Origin: an uncultured Winogradskyella sp.
GTDB taxonomy: Bacteria > Bacteroidota > Bacteroidia > Flavobacteriales > Flavobacteriaceae
NCBI RefSeq assembly: GCF_947496485.1
Contig: NZ_CANMCZ010000001.1
Span: 55,596 to 119,595 of the forward strand
Reading direction: 5' to 3'
DNA length: 64,000 nt
Notes under the pieces: generated by a model
Seen by the model: the letters and a program-made list of their open reading frames with translations, nothing else
Databases searched by the model: none
What the model was told of the DNA's origin: nothing
Shown: piece by piece, positions 38,901 to 48,436 of the stretch
Numbering within the stretch: the stretch's first letter is position 1
Layout: each line of letters begins with the position of its first letter
Made by a program: the position numbers and the translations under genes

Positions 38901-40004
38901 GTAGATATAGTCTTTATAATTTTCTATTGAACTTACTACATTATAGCTTAATCCTGAACCATCAGGGTTTTGAATAATATTTACAAAATTTTTATTTGAT
39001 ACGTCCCAAACATTAATACCACCATAATACGTCCCTATCCAAATTGAGCCTTTTTTATCTTTAAATATAGATTTTATTGAATTTTTACTTAGACTCTTTG
39101 AATCTTTAATATTTGTTGTTAAAACGGTTTCATTTTTCTTCTTGTCAACAATTACAAGGCCACTGTAAGTACCTATCCAAAGTTTTTGGTCGTCATCATA
39201 TTGTAATTGTCTGGCGTTAATTTTACTTTGTACATCTTTATCATTAGATAAATAACTTTCTATTTCTTTCGTCTTTGTATGATACACCAAAACACTATGA
39301 CCTCTTGTTGCAAGTAGTAAGTTTCCGCCTAAGCTCTCAACTATATCCTGAATGTATAATTCTTTAGTATTTGAGACAACTTCAAAATTTAGCTGATTAA
39401 AGTCTAAAACTTTAATCAATCCATTCGATGTACCTATATAAACTGAATTATTTTTAGTCTCGAGGATGGATAAAACTTGGTTTCCTGAAAAATCATTTTC
39501 GTTTAGCTTATTTAAAAAGCTTTTGAAAGAATCAGAGCTTTTATCATATACTGAAATGCCATTAGATGTTCCTACCCAAATAGCTCCATTAGACAATTCT
39601 TCTATGGTCCAAATTGTATTGTTGACTAACGATGATTGGTCATTACTATGAAAATATCGTGTAAATGCGTTTGTCTTAGGATTATATTTATTTAATCCAT
39701 TGTAGGTACCAATCCAAATGTAACCTTCACTATCTTGCTTTATGGATAAAATATCATTGTTACTAATGGAATTTGGCTTATCCACTGAATTTCTATAAAC
39801 AGTGAATTTTGTACCATCGTACTTATTTAGCCCATCTCTGGTACCAATCCAAATCTGACCTAAATTGTCTTGTTCTATGACAATTGCTGAACTTTGAGAT
39901 AATCCATCTGTTGTAGATATATGTGTAAATGGATAGTTTTGAGTTTGTGAAAAACCAATAGTACTAAAGGTAAAAAGAAGCAATAAAATTTTAAGTTTAT
40001 TCAT
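35934..40004 (-). CDS. Hybrid two-component system sensor kinase/response regulator (HTCS, AraC output)
   Basis: Beta-propeller repeats (IWIGT), Y_Y_Y domain, TM, HisKA (FFTNISHEFRTPL), HATPase (GTGIGL), receiver (LIVSDVIMP) and AraC HTH (VGFRNPKYFSKCF). Confidence 0.96.
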   Translation of the reverse strand: MNKLKILLLLFTFSTIGFSQTQNYPFTHISTTDGLSQSSAIVIEQDNLGQIWIGTRDGLNKYDGTKFTVYRNSVDKPNSISNNDILSIKQDSEGYIWIGTYNGLNKYNPKTNAFTRYFHSNDQSSLVNNTIWTIEELSNGAIWVGTSNGISVYDKSSDSFKSFLNKLNENDFSGNQVLSILETKNNSVYIGTSNGLIKVLDFNQLNFEVVSNTKELYIQDIVESLGGNLLLATRGHSVLVYHTKTKEIESYLSNDKDVQSKINARQLQYDDDQKLWIGTYSGLVIVDKKKNETVLTTNIKDSKSLSKNSIKSIFKDKKGSIWIGTYYGGINVWDVSNKNFVNIIQNPDGSGLSYNVVSSIENYKDYIYFGTEGGGITRLNKNNNSYSYINENNSPQLLNDNIKSLHISKNDNLWIGTFDSGLVLYNPKINKFNTSILSPELMDYLSDVGIYAIKEDANSNIWLGTFGKGLVQYSLINKTFDAYSFNEQVSNSLSSNLVRTIEIDSKENIWVGTEHGLNKVNPEGNITTYFYEKNIEAGDDVLSIYEANDQTIWVGTKAKGLYKLIDSKFQSVDLIANETIVSSVHSILEDKSNNLWISTNQGLVKFNPETNKSIIYDQKEGLVSNEFNDNSSLKVENSKFYFGGPSGVTFFNPQQLYINDYAPQVIITDFKIKQKSVDLNNKNSVLKETITFTEDLELAYNQGNFSVAFAVPNFINSNNNRYKYRLKGLEDDWVETTENNASYTIQNAGDYVFEVKGANSDGIWNENPTQLIIKVAPAPWRSWWAFLIYGVLILGALYFLMHILKSRTKLQTQLELEHLEVERTKEANKAKLEFFTNISHEFRTPLTLITGPLHQILEDYKGSSKMYKKLMIIESSANQLLQLINRLMDFRKLENNLLKLESAEGNFVKFLKEIYLSFSEYAKDRGYDYSFHTSDDEILVYYDRYKLERVFYNLISNAFRYTPHGGKITIKVKKENEEIIIQVEDSGVGIAKEYHEKIFDRFFEVATNNQPDDNYSKGTGIGLSIAKNIVDLHKGKIDVRNNESGEGSIFSVVLPLGCAHLKKDEIIRDFKFSDDISQYVKQLDTPNQIIEDDIAVQPLSGDKQTILLVEDHNPLRKFMRSILEENYNILEAQNGKLALKIAQKESPNLIVSDVIMPVMVGTELCSAIKGDIKTSHIPIILLTSRTSLIYKLEGLESGADDYISKPFDVNEFKLRIKNLLESTSRLKQKYTSEDPLQPNEIMISSLDEKLYKKALQIVEDNIGNEEFDVQYFCTDLGVSRTMLFTKVKAWTNFTPNEFIMHFRMKRAAQILEQGKINISEVSYKVGFRNPKYFSKCFQKKFGETPTQYTNRFSSDY

Positions 40005-40053
40005 TAAATCACCTTGAATGGTTTATGACTAAATATAATAAAAGATTGATTAC

Positions 40054-41712
40054 TTATTTCTTTAAGCGCTGTTTTAATTGATACCTGTATAAAGATGGGA
40101 TCTCTTCTATGGATTGATTTATAAATTCAATATGAGTCTTAGGTTCGTAAGAGACTTCAAATTTATGATTTCCTGAAACACCGACAACTCTGGCAAAAGG
40201 TCCATCTTTCATTCCGTTCAATATTATAGGCTTTTCAGAATTTAACCTATCTAATAAATTGACTTCAATATTCCAAAACGTACTAAATGCACCATGAGAA
40301 GGTTTCCAATAACCTGCTCCTCCTCCTGCAAATAATGGATAACTATAATCATCATTTGGTGATAAATGTACCTTTATATTATCAAACAAATTTTGATGGT
40401 TAGCACCAGAATGTTGATCTAAAATAGGATCTACAAAAACCTCACAATCTAAATACACACTCTTAGTGGCTAACGTGTTGAAACTTAAAGGATGTTCAGC
40501 TTTATTATAAACCTTAATCCCTTGGGCTAAAACATTGTAAGTACCTTGCATCATTACCGTATAATGTGCAAAATTTTCACCTTTGGTAACGACATCCTTC
40601 ACAGTAACATTGGCAATCTCTTCAGTAATAACACCACTATCTGCGTTTTCGATAACTACATTATTTACCCAACTGTTAAAAACTCGTGTCAGGTAAATTG
40701 CATTGAATCCCTGTTCTACATGGTGTGCAACTCTTGGAGCTTTTGGAAATGTAATTTTAAAATGTTCTATCCCTACTTCTTTTAGATGCTTCCACTCTAC
40801 TAATTGTGCTTTATAATTAGGTTTTATGTCTATTGTTAATGGAGCGTTTATAGTAATTTTATTTCCTTTAATTTTTATTATCTCAACCTGTTGCTTAACT
40901 AATGGCAAATCGGGAAAATTCCAATGGTGAGAACCTATTTTTACAGCTTCATTTTTATAAAGTTCTGAGATGATACTACCCTTCTCACCATCTTTATTAA
41001 ATAACTGTAATTCCACTACATCACCAACATTTAAATCCTTAATATTTAGAGCTTCAACAGTGAATTCTCCACGTTTTCCCGAGACAACATTGGCTAAAAC
41101 ATTATAAGGTTGCTCATATTTTTGAAGATAAGGCTTTACTCTAGTGTTAGGCGCTTTGGTCCAAATAAAACCTCCAGACCATGCGTATTGAGAAAATGGT
41201 AAATCGATGTTATTGTCTTTTTCGCGTTGTCTTTTATCAAATTCAATTAAGTACTCTCTAAGTTCTTGCAATACTTCTGGATCATCAGCGTACATTAATG
41301 GTCTAGGACAATAAATTTCTGTACCTTTTTCACCTGTTCCTGTACCTCGCAACACAAAATTATCGCGTTCTAAATACAAAATATCACTAAGAATAATTCG
41401 TCCTTGCGGCAATTGCAAGGTTATCTTACCCTCTAATTTAGACACTTCTTGTATTGCTTTTTTTAAAGCTTTCGAATCATCTAAACCATCATTAGCAACT
41501 ACTCCATAATCTGTAGCATTAATTATTCTACCTACAGACATCGGAATTTCAACTTCACTATTATGGTAACCTGCAAAACTAAAATCAGGTAAATAACTAG
41601 AATCTTCTATTGAATTTGCAGTTAATATTTTTGGTGTTTTTTGTGCATAAAGACAGTGATGCATATTAGCAAACAAAAGCAAAACGACAAACGTTTTTTT
41701 ACTTAGAGTCAT
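40054..41712 (-). CDS. Secreted beta-helix (pectate lyase superfamily-like) protein of unknown specificity
   Basis: Signal peptide from MTLSKK (41712); LPDFSFAGY, DYGVVANDGLDDSKA, VLRGTG and HSGANHQNLFDN motifs. Confidence 0.75.
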   Translation of the reverse strand: MTLSKKTFVVLLLFANMHHCLYAQKTPKILTANSIEDSSYLPDFSFAGYHNSEVEIPMSVGRIINATDYGVVANDGLDDSKALKKAIQEVSKLEGKITLQLPQGRIILSDILYLERDNFVLRGTGTGEKGTEIYCPRPLMYADDPEVLQELREYLIEFDKRQREKDNNIDLPFSQYAWSGGFIWTKAPNTRVKPYLQKYEQPYNVLANVVSGKRGEFTVEALNIKDLNVGDVVELQLFNKDGEKGSIISELYKNEAVKIGSHHWNFPDLPLVKQQVEIIKIKGNKITINAPLTIDIKPNYKAQLVEWKHLKEVGIEHFKITFPKAPRVAHHVEQGFNAIYLTRVFNSWVNNVVIENADSGVITEEIANVTVKDVVTKGENFAHYTVMMQGTYNVLAQGIKVYNKAEHPLSFNTLATKSVYLDCEVFVDPILDQHSGANHQNLFDNIKVHLSPNDDYSYPLFAGGGAGYWKPSHGAFSTFWNIEVNLLDRLNSEKPIILNGMKDGPFARVVGVSGNHKFEVSYEPKTHIEFINQSIEEIPSLYRYQLKQRLKK

Positions 41713-42000
41713 AAAGTTATAATTATGAGATATTAAGTAAATATATAAAGTATAAGAGTAAACATAGTACAAAAGAAGGGGCATAATAGTCCTATTCAAA
41801 AAAGTTTAGGCGTAATATTGATTAATATAAATTCTTTATTATTATGTTTATTCTTATCTTATATACTCATTCTTAAAGGTATTTTTTGGCAAGAAAATAT
41901 ATCAAAGAAAAACATAACAGAACAGGATACTAAATATCTATTTATTGCTAATCTTAGCACTATAACAGAATTTTAAAAAAGACTAACAACTAAACTATAA

Positions 42001-42828
42001 ATGAATAAAACTATTGTATTAACTGGAGCAGGAGGTGTATTATGCAGCACGCTTGCAGAAGCTTTAGCCAAAGAAGGGCATAATATTGCCGTATTAGATT
42101 TAAGAAAAGAAGCTGCAGATAAAGTTGCTAAAACTATTAACAATAATGGTGGTAGTGCCATTGGTGTTGAAGCAAATGTATTAGAAAAAGCATCCTTGAT
42201 TAAATCAAAAAAAGTCGTCAATGATGCCTTTGGAAAAGTTGATATCTTAGTCAATGGTGCCGGTGGAAATCATCCTTTAGGCACAACATCAAATCCATTT
42301 TTTCAACTTGAAGATTTGGAAAATAAAACAGAAGGGTTTAAAACGTTTTTCGATTTAGATCCAAAAGGTATTGAGTTTACATTTAACTTAAATTTTCTAG
42401 GGACTTTGATCCCAACACAAGTATATGGTGAAGATATGGTTGGTCGTGAAGGTTGCAGTGTGTTAAACATTTCTTCAATGAATGCCTTTACACCTTTAAC
42501 TAAAATACCTGCTTATAGTGGAGCAAAAGCAGCAGTATCTAACTTCACCCAATGGTTAGCAGTACATTTTTCAAAGGTTGGTATTAGAGTAAATGCATTA
42601 GCACCTGGTTTTTTCTTAACAGATCAAAATCGTACATTATTGACCAATGCGGATGGAAGTTTAACACAACGTGGACAGCAAATTATAGACCAAACACCAA
42701 TGGGTCGCTATGGTGAACCAGAGGATTTAGTCGGTACAACACTTTGGTTATGTAGTGATGCTTCAAAATTTGTAACCGGAGTTGTAGTTCCTATCGATGG
42801 TGGATTTGCCGCTTATAGTGGAGTTTAA
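42001..42828 (+). CDS. uxuB: D-mannonate oxidoreductase (fructuronate reductase), SDR type
   Basis: TGAGGVLC, NGAGGNHP, PLTKIPAYSGAKAA motifs; directly upstream of uxuA. Confidence 0.8.
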   Translation: MNKTIVLTGAGGVLCSTLAEALAKEGHNIAVLDLRKEAADKVAKTINNNGGSAIGVEANVLEKASLIKSKKVVNDAFGKVDILVNGAGGNHPLGTTSNPFFQLEDLENKTEGFKTFFDLDPKGIEFTFNLNFLGTLIPTQVYGEDMVGREGCSVLNISSMNAFTPLTKIPAYSGAKAAVSNFTQWLAVHFSKVGIRVNALAPGFFLTDQNRTLLTNADGSLTQRGQQIIDQTPMGRYGEPEDLVGTTLWLCSDASKFVTGVVVPIDGGFAAYSGV

Positions 42829-42838
42829 AAACGAATAA

Positions 42839-44026
42839 ATGAATTTACAATTAGAACAAACTTGGAGATGGTATGGTCCTAACGACCCAGTCTCACTATT
42901 AGATATAAAACAATCTGGTGCTACTGGCATTGTCTCTGCATTACATCATATTCCCAATGGAGAGGTCTGGACGATAGATGATATTAAAAAGCGTAAATCT
43001 GAAATAGAAAGCGTTGGTCTAACCTGGTCTGTGGTAGAAAGTGTGCCTATACACGAAAATATAAAGACAAGAACTGGTCAGTTTGAAACCTATATTAAGA
43101 ATTATAAACAAACACTACTTAATTTAGGTGCATGCGGAATTGATATCGTATGTTACAACTTTATGCCAGTTTTGGATTGGACGCGTACAAATCTCGATTA
43201 TGAAGTAGATGATAAATCAACAGCACTTCGTTTTGAAGCTGCTGCTTTTGCTGCTTTCGAATTATTTTTATTGAAACGTCCAGGAGCAGAACATGATTAT
43301 ACTGATGCACAAAAAGAAAACGCAAAACGTTATTTAGAAAATGCATCCGATGACGATCAAAAAACCTTGGTCAGAAATATCATCGCTGGTTTACCTGGTG
43401 CTGAAGAGGGTTATACGCTTGAAGAATTTAATACCATTCTAGCAACTTACAATAGCATTGGACCAAAAGAACTGAAAGCAAATCTGTTTTCTTTTCTGTC
43501 TGAAATTATTCCTGCAGCCGAAAAAGCTGGAGTTTTAATGTGCATTCATCCAGACGATCCGCCTTTTCCAATTTTAGGATTGCCAAGAGTAGTTAGCACT
43601 GAACAAGATATTGTCGATTTATACGATGCTGTTAAAAGTCCTAATAACGGACTCACATTCTGTACAGGCTCATTTGGAGTGCGAGCAGATAACGATTTAG
43701 CAGGCATGGTAGCACGCTTAGGAGACCGTATTCATTTTATACATTTAAGAGCTACCAAACGTGATGCAGCAGGTAACTTTCATGAAGCCGATCATCTCGA
43801 AGGAGATGTAGATATGTATGCCGTGATGAAAGCCTTAATTTTAGAACAGCAAAAACGCGCTACATCTGGTCGTAAAGATTTACGCATGCCATTTAGACCA
43901 GATCATGGTCATAAAATGCTCGATGATTTAAAAAAGAAAACAAATCCTGGCTATTCAGGAATAGGACGTTTACGAGGACTTGCCGAATTACGAGGTTTAG
44001 AACTAGGTATTAGACGTTCATTATAA
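42839..44026 (+). CDS. uxuA: Mannonate dehydratase
   Basis: [38 protein letters not shown] and RPDHG motifs. Confidence 0.97.
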   Translation: MNLQLEQTWRWYGPNDPVSLLDIKQSGATGIVSALHHIPNGEVWTIDDIKKRKSEIESVGLTWSVVESVPIHENIKTRTGQFETYIKNYKQTLLNLGACGIDIVCYNFMPVLDWTRTNLDYEVDDKSTALRFEAAAFAAFELFLLKRPGAEHDYTDAQKENAKRYLENASDDDQKTLVRNIIAGLPGAEEGYTLEEFNTILATYNSIGPKELKANLFSFLSEIIPAAEKAGVLMCIHPDDPPFPILGLPRVVSTEQDIVDLYDAVKSPNNGLTFCTGSFGVRADNDLAGMVARLGDRIHFIHLRATKRDAAGNFHEADHLEGDVDMYAVMKALILEQQKRATSGRKDLRMPFRPDHGHKMLDDLKKKTNPGYSGIGRLRGLAELRGLELGIRRSL

Positions 44027-44041
44027 AAAAAAATAGGAATT

Positions 44042-44122
44042 ACACCCCTAAAGTCCCCTCAAGGGGACAATCCTAAAAATAAACTTGGGGAAATTGTCCC
44101 CTTGAGGGGACTTTAGGGGTGT
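44042..44122. repeat. REP doublet (REPIN-like): perfect 30-bp inverted repeat with 21-nt spacer
   Basis: acacccctaaagtcccctcaaggggacaat (44042-44071) and its exact reverse complement (44093-44122); each arm has an internal GTCCCCT-CA-AGGGGAC palindrome. Confidence 0.85.
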
Positions 44123-44157
44123 TTATTGTAAAACAATTAAAGATAAAATAACAAAAT

Positions 44158-44997
44158 ATGTCAACAACATTCGAAACAAGATATGCCTCAAGTCCAAAGG
44201 CAGTAAAACAATACGACACAAAACAATTAAGAGATGAATTCTTAATTAATGACCTGATGCAAAATGGAAAGATAAAATGGGTTTACACTCATTACGATCG
44301 TTACATGGCTGGTGGTGCTGTACCCACATCAGATTTAAAACTAGAAACCATAGATCCTCTTAAAGCAGATTACTTTTTAGAGCGTAGAGAACTTGGAATT
44401 ATCAATGTTGGTGGTGATGGAAGTATTTCAGTAGATGGTGAAACGTTTAAAATCAATCATAAAGATGCTTTATATATTGGTAAAGGTGCTAAAAATGTAA
44501 CTTTTAAAAGTGATGATGCTAGCAATCCTGCTAAATTCTATATGAATTCTGCACCAGCACATAAAACCTTTCCAACTAAAAAAACCAGTTTAGCAGAAGC
44601 TAATAAAATTGAATTAGGTAGTTTAGAAACGGCCAATCATAGAACGGTTAGTCAAATGATTATTGGTGGCATTGTTACTACGTGTCAATTGCAAATGGGA
44701 ATGACGGAATTAAAAACTGGTAGTGTTTGGAACACAATGCCAGCTCACGTGCACGATCGTAGAATGGAAATCTATTTCTATTTAGATGTACCAGAAGAGC
44801 AAGCCGTTTGTCATTTTATGGGACAACCACAAGAAACACGTCATATCTGGATGCATAATCACCAAGCTGTAATCTCACCACCTTGGTCTATTCACTCTGG
44901 TTCTGGGACTTCAAACTATACCTTTATTTGGGGAATGGCAGGTGAGAATTTAGATTACAACGATATGGATGTTGCAAAAATCACAGATTTAAGATAA
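44158..44997 (+). CDS. kduI: 5-dehydro-4-deoxy-D-glucuronate isomerase
   Basis: YTHYDR, FLERRELG, CQLQMGMT, WNTMPAHVHDRRME and WSIHSG motifs. Confidence 0.97.
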   Translation: MSTTFETRYASSPKAVKQYDTKQLRDEFLINDLMQNGKIKWVYTHYDRYMAGGAVPTSDLKLETIDPLKADYFLERRELGIINVGGDGSISVDGETFKINHKDALYIGKGAKNVTFKSDDASNPAKFYMNSAPAHKTFPTKKTSLAEANKIELGSLETANHRTVSQMIIGGIVTTCQLQMGMTELKTGSVWNTMPAHVHDRRMEIYFYLDVPEEQAVCHFMGQPQETRHIWMHNHQAVISPPWSIHSGSGTSNYTFIWGMAGENLDYNDMDVAKITDLR

Positions 44998-44998
44998 G

Positions 44999-45793
44999 AT
45001 GTCACAAGAACTATTTAATATAAAAGGAAAAGTAGCACTAGTTACTGGCAGCACTCACGGATTGGGTATGGCGATGGCGATGGGCTTAGGTAAAGCTGGT
45101 GCAACTATAGTTGTTAATGGTAATTCCTCGCAAGAAAAAATCGATAAGGCTGTTGCTGAATATAAAAAAGAAGGTATCAATGCTGTTGGTTATAAATTTA
45201 ATGTTGCAAAAGAAAGTGACGTTATTGAAGCTATAAAAAAGATTGAAACTGAAGTCGGAAACATCGATATTCTGGTTAATAACGCAGGAATTATTAAGCG
45301 TACTCCTTTAGCTGAAATGGAAGTTGAAGATTTTAAACAAGTCTTAGATATCGATTTGGTAAGCCCATTTATTGTTTCAAAACATGTTGTAAAAGGCATG
45401 TTGGAACGTAAAGCCGGTAAAATTATTAACATCTGTTCTATGATGAGTCAGTTAGGTCGTAATACTGTTGGAGCTTATGCTGCGGCAAAAGGCGGTTTGG
45501 TAATGTTGACTAAAAATATGGCAACAGAATGGGCAAGATTCAACATTCAGGTGAATGGTATTGGTCCTGGTTATTTTGCCACATCCCAAACGGCTCCTAT
45601 TAGAGTTGATGGTCATCCATTTAATGATTTTATTGTCAATAGAACTCCTGCTGCAAAATGGGGAGACCCTAATGATTTAGCTGGTGCAGCAATATTTTTA
45701 AGTTCAAAAGCTAGTGACTTTGTTAACGGTCATATTTTATATGTGGATGGTGGTATTTTAGCTACTATAGGTAAACCTTCAAACGAATTGTAA
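44999..45793 (+). CDS. kduD: 2-deoxy-D-gluconate 3-dehydrogenase / gluconate 5-dehydrogenase (SDR)
   Basis: TGSTHGLG, NNAGIIKR, YAAAKGG and GPGYFAT motifs; coupled to kduI. An IdnO-like annotation is also possible. Confidence 0.8.
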   Translation: MSQELFNIKGKVALVTGSTHGLGMAMAMGLGKAGATIVVNGNSSQEKIDKAVAEYKKEGINAVGYKFNVAKESDVIEAIKKIETEVGNIDILVNNAGIIKRTPLAEMEVEDFKQVLDIDLVSPFIVSKHVVKGMLERKAGKIINICSMMSQLGRNTVGAYAAAKGGLVMLTKNMATEWARFNIQVNGIGPGYFATSQTAPIRVDGHPFNDFIVNRTPAAKWGDPNDLAGAAIFLSSKASDFVNGHILYVDGGILATIGKPSNEL

Positions 45794-45794
45794 C

Positions 45795-46952
45795 ATGAAA
45801 AAAAGTATCTTTCTTGTTTTAGTTTTATGTTGTTTTGCTTGTACTAAGACATCTTCAGAAGTGTTATCCTTAACAGTTAAAAACACATTAGATATAGACA
45901 GAGCTTTTGAAACTGTTGAAGTTGATATTACTGATATTGAACTTAAAGGGCAATCCTTAGAAGTTATAAATTCTGAAACCGATGAAGTCCTTGTTTCTCA
46001 AATTGTAGATAACGCGATACTCTTTCAACCAAAAATTTCGGCAAACTCAGAAGCTACTTTCAAAATAAACCTAATTCAATCTGAAGAACAACCTGATAGC
46101 ACATTAATAAGGTGCTACTCGCGTTTTGTACCAGAGCGAACAGATGATTACGCTTGGGAAAATAATAGAGTCGCATTCAGAACTTTCGGTCCTGTCGCTC
46201 AACAAATGAAAGAAGACGGTGTCAAAGGAGGTACCTTAACAAGTGGAATGGATGCTTGGTTAAAACGCGTAGAGTACCCAATTATTAACAAATGGTATGC
46301 AAAAGATGCCATCGAAAAAGGGGCTTACCACAAAGATACAGGTGAAGGATTAGACAACTTCCATGTTGGAGTTAGTCGTGGTGTTGGAGGTATAGCTGTA
46401 AAAACAGATTCTACATATGCGGTTTCTAAAAATTTTATTAATTACAAGACCATTACCAATGGCCCAATTAGAACGAGTTTCATATTAGAATATGCAAACT
46501 GGACAGCCAATGAAAAGGAAATTAGAGAAAAAAAACATATCATGCTCGATTATGGTCAAAACCTGAGTCGACATATTGTTGATATAAAAGGAACTGATAA
46601 AGTTTCTGTCGGTTTAACACTTCACAAAAATGATGGTGAAGTAACAACAAATACAGCTGAAGGTTGGATGAGCTATTGGGAACCATTCGATGATTCAGAA
46701 TTAGGTCAAGGAGTCGTGCATGCTAATCCGCAAAGTATCATTGGTTTTGATAACTATGTTACCGATAAAAAGGACGAGAGTAATTTGTATGTACAATCTA
46801 ACGTATCGGGAGTCATCGATTATTATGCTGGTTTCGGTTGGAAAAAAAGTGGACAATTTGAAACCAAAGACGATTGGAATAATTATTTAAGCCGATTTTC
46901 AAAATGCCTAAATCATCCATTAGAAGTAAAAGTTATAACACCGTCCAAATAG
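45795..46952 (+). CDS. DUF4861 family lipoprotein
   Basis: Lipobox CFAC; RFVPERTDDYAWENNRVAFRTFGP, DAWLKR, YHKDTGEGLD and YYAGFGW motifs. Confidence 0.8.
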   Translation: MKKSIFLVLVLCCFACTKTSSEVLSLTVKNTLDIDRAFETVEVDITDIELKGQSLEVINSETDEVLVSQIVDNAILFQPKISANSEATFKINLIQSEEQPDSTLIRCYSRFVPERTDDYAWENNRVAFRTFGPVAQQMKEDGVKGGTLTSGMDAWLKRVEYPIINKWYAKDAIEKGAYHKDTGEGLDNFHVGVSRGVGGIAVKTDSTYAVSKNFINYKTITNGPIRTSFILEYANWTANEKEIREKKHIMLDYGQNLSRHIVDIKGTDKVSVGLTLHKNDGEVTTNTAEGWMSYWEPFDDSELGQGVVHANPQSIIGFDNYVTDKKDESNLYVQSNVSGVIDYYAGFGWKKSGQFETKDDWNNYLSRFSKCLNHPLEVKVITPSK

Positions 46953-46953
46953 T

Positions 46954-47943
46954 ATGAAACACAGCTCTATAAAATCAATTTTGCTTCTTTTTAGTCTTCT
47001 CATGTGTATGGCTTCATGTAAAGATGACACTGGTCCCAAGGTAATGTACCTTGGTCATACTTTACCTCAAACACATCCTGTACATAAAGGGATTGTAGAA
47101 TTTCAAAAGGCATTAGAAAAAAAATCTAATGGGACGTTAAAAGTGAAGATATTTCCTGATGCGCAGTTAGGATCAGAACGCGAGGTTTTAGAACTATTGC
47201 AAATTGGTTCTGTAGCTGCCACCAAAGTAAGTGCTGCAACCTTGTCTAATTTTGTGCCAGAATACCACCTTTTAGGCATTCCGTATTTATTTAGAGATAA
47301 ACAACATCAGTTTGATGTTTTAGAAGGAGATATTGGTAAATCGATTTTAGAAAAAGGTTCTAAATTTTGGCTACGTGGCTTGTGTTATTACGATGCCGGA
47401 AGTAGAAGTTTTTATACTAGTAATAAAGCTATTAGAACACCCCAAGATTTAGAAGGTCTTAAAATTAGAGTGATGAACAATCAAATGGCTATAAATATGG
47501 TGAATTCCATGGGAGGATCCGCAACACCTCTTGCCTATGGAGAATTATATACAGCGATTCAACAAGGTGTTGTTGATGGCGCTGAAAATAATCCACCATC
47601 ATTTGTGTCTTCAAATCATTATGAAATTAGTAAATATTACACCTTAGACCAACATTCTTCGGTGCCAGATGTTCTTTTAATTGGAACAAAGTTTTGGGAT
47701 AAATTATCAGAGGAAGAAAAAATATGGGTGCAAGAAGCTGCAGACGAATCTGCTCAGGCTCAAAAGAAGTTTTGGAGTGATTCTGTAGACGAATCTATGA
47801 AAATCGCTAAAGCTGCTGGCGTGGAAATAATCATTCCAGAAAAATCCTTGTTTGCCGAAAAGTCGAAATCTGTTGTTGAGGAATTTGTTAAGGAATTTCC
47901 GGAAATGGAACCCATTGTAAATCAAATTAAAAATAAAGAATAA
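46954..47943 (+). CDS. dctP: TRAP transporter substrate-binding protein (uronate-type DctP)
   Basis: HPVH, QLGSEREVLE, GLKIRVM and YTAIQQGVVDGAENN motifs. Confidence 0.93.
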   Translation: MKHSSIKSILLLFSLLMCMASCKDDTGPKVMYLGHTLPQTHPVHKGIVEFQKALEKKSNGTLKVKIFPDAQLGSEREVLELLQIGSVAATKVSAATLSNFVPEYHLLGIPYLFRDKQHQFDVLEGDIGKSILEKGSKFWLRGLCYYDAGSRSFYTSNKAIRTPQDLEGLKIRVMNNQMAINMVNSMGGSATPLAYGELYTAIQQGVVDGAENNPPSFVSSNHYEISKYYTLDQHSSVPDVLLIGTKFWDKLSEEEKIWVQEAADESAQAQKKFWSDSVDESMKIAKAAGVEIIIPEKSLFAEKSKSVVEEFVKEFPEMEPIVNQIKNKE

Positions 47944-48434
47944 TGAATAAATCTGATCTTATTTTTAATAAAGTATGCCGAATTCTCGAATGGTTTATGA
48001 TCGTGATTTTTGCGCTTTTAGTTCTGGATGTTTTGTTCCAGGTGTTTTCAAGATATCTTTTAGGTACATCCTTTACATGGACCGAAGAATTTGCGCGATT
48101 CGCATTAATTTGGATGACCATTTTAGGAGCTGCCTATCTCAGTGGCAAAAAAGAACATTTATCAATGGATTTTTTATATCAAAAATTCTCTGAGTCTAAT
48201 AAAAGAAAAGCTTCTATTCTTATTGAGGTATTGATATTTCTATTTGCACTTATCGTCATGGTTATTGGCGGATTAAATTTAGTATACACAACCTTACATT
48301 TAGAACAACTTTCTGGTACGTTAAGAATTCCTTTAGGCTATGTATATGCTGTTATGCCATTCAGTGGTTTTCTAATCATGTGCTTTTCGATATATCACAT
48401 TTCAAAAATTTATAACAACAAAAACAATAATTAA
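47943..48434 (+). CDS. dctQ: TRAP transporter small permease DctQ
   Basis: QVFSRY...WTEEFARF...HLSMD motifs; 4 TM segments. Confidence 0.93.
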   Translation: MNKSDLIFNKVCRILEWFMIVIFALLVLDVLFQVFSRYLLGTSFTWTEEFARFALIWMTILGAAYLSGKKEHLSMDFLYQKFSESNKRKASILIEVLIFLFALIVMVIGGLNLVYTTLHLEQLSGTLRIPLGYVYAVMPFSGFLIMCFSIYHISKIYNNKNNN

Positions 48435-48436
48435 TT

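Noticed and set aside
25883-40004. Ulvan or glycosaminoglycan PUL
   Set aside because: No sulfatases, GH78/GH106 rhamnosidases, PL24/25/28, PL8/PL12 or HexNAc genes recognised in the window; cannot be fully excluded if they are encoded elsewhere.
41946-41959. TGCTAA-TC-TTAGCA palindrome upstream of uxuB as a third LacI operator
   Set aside because: Shorter than the two clear operators and lacks the central CG; could be chance in AT-rich DNA.
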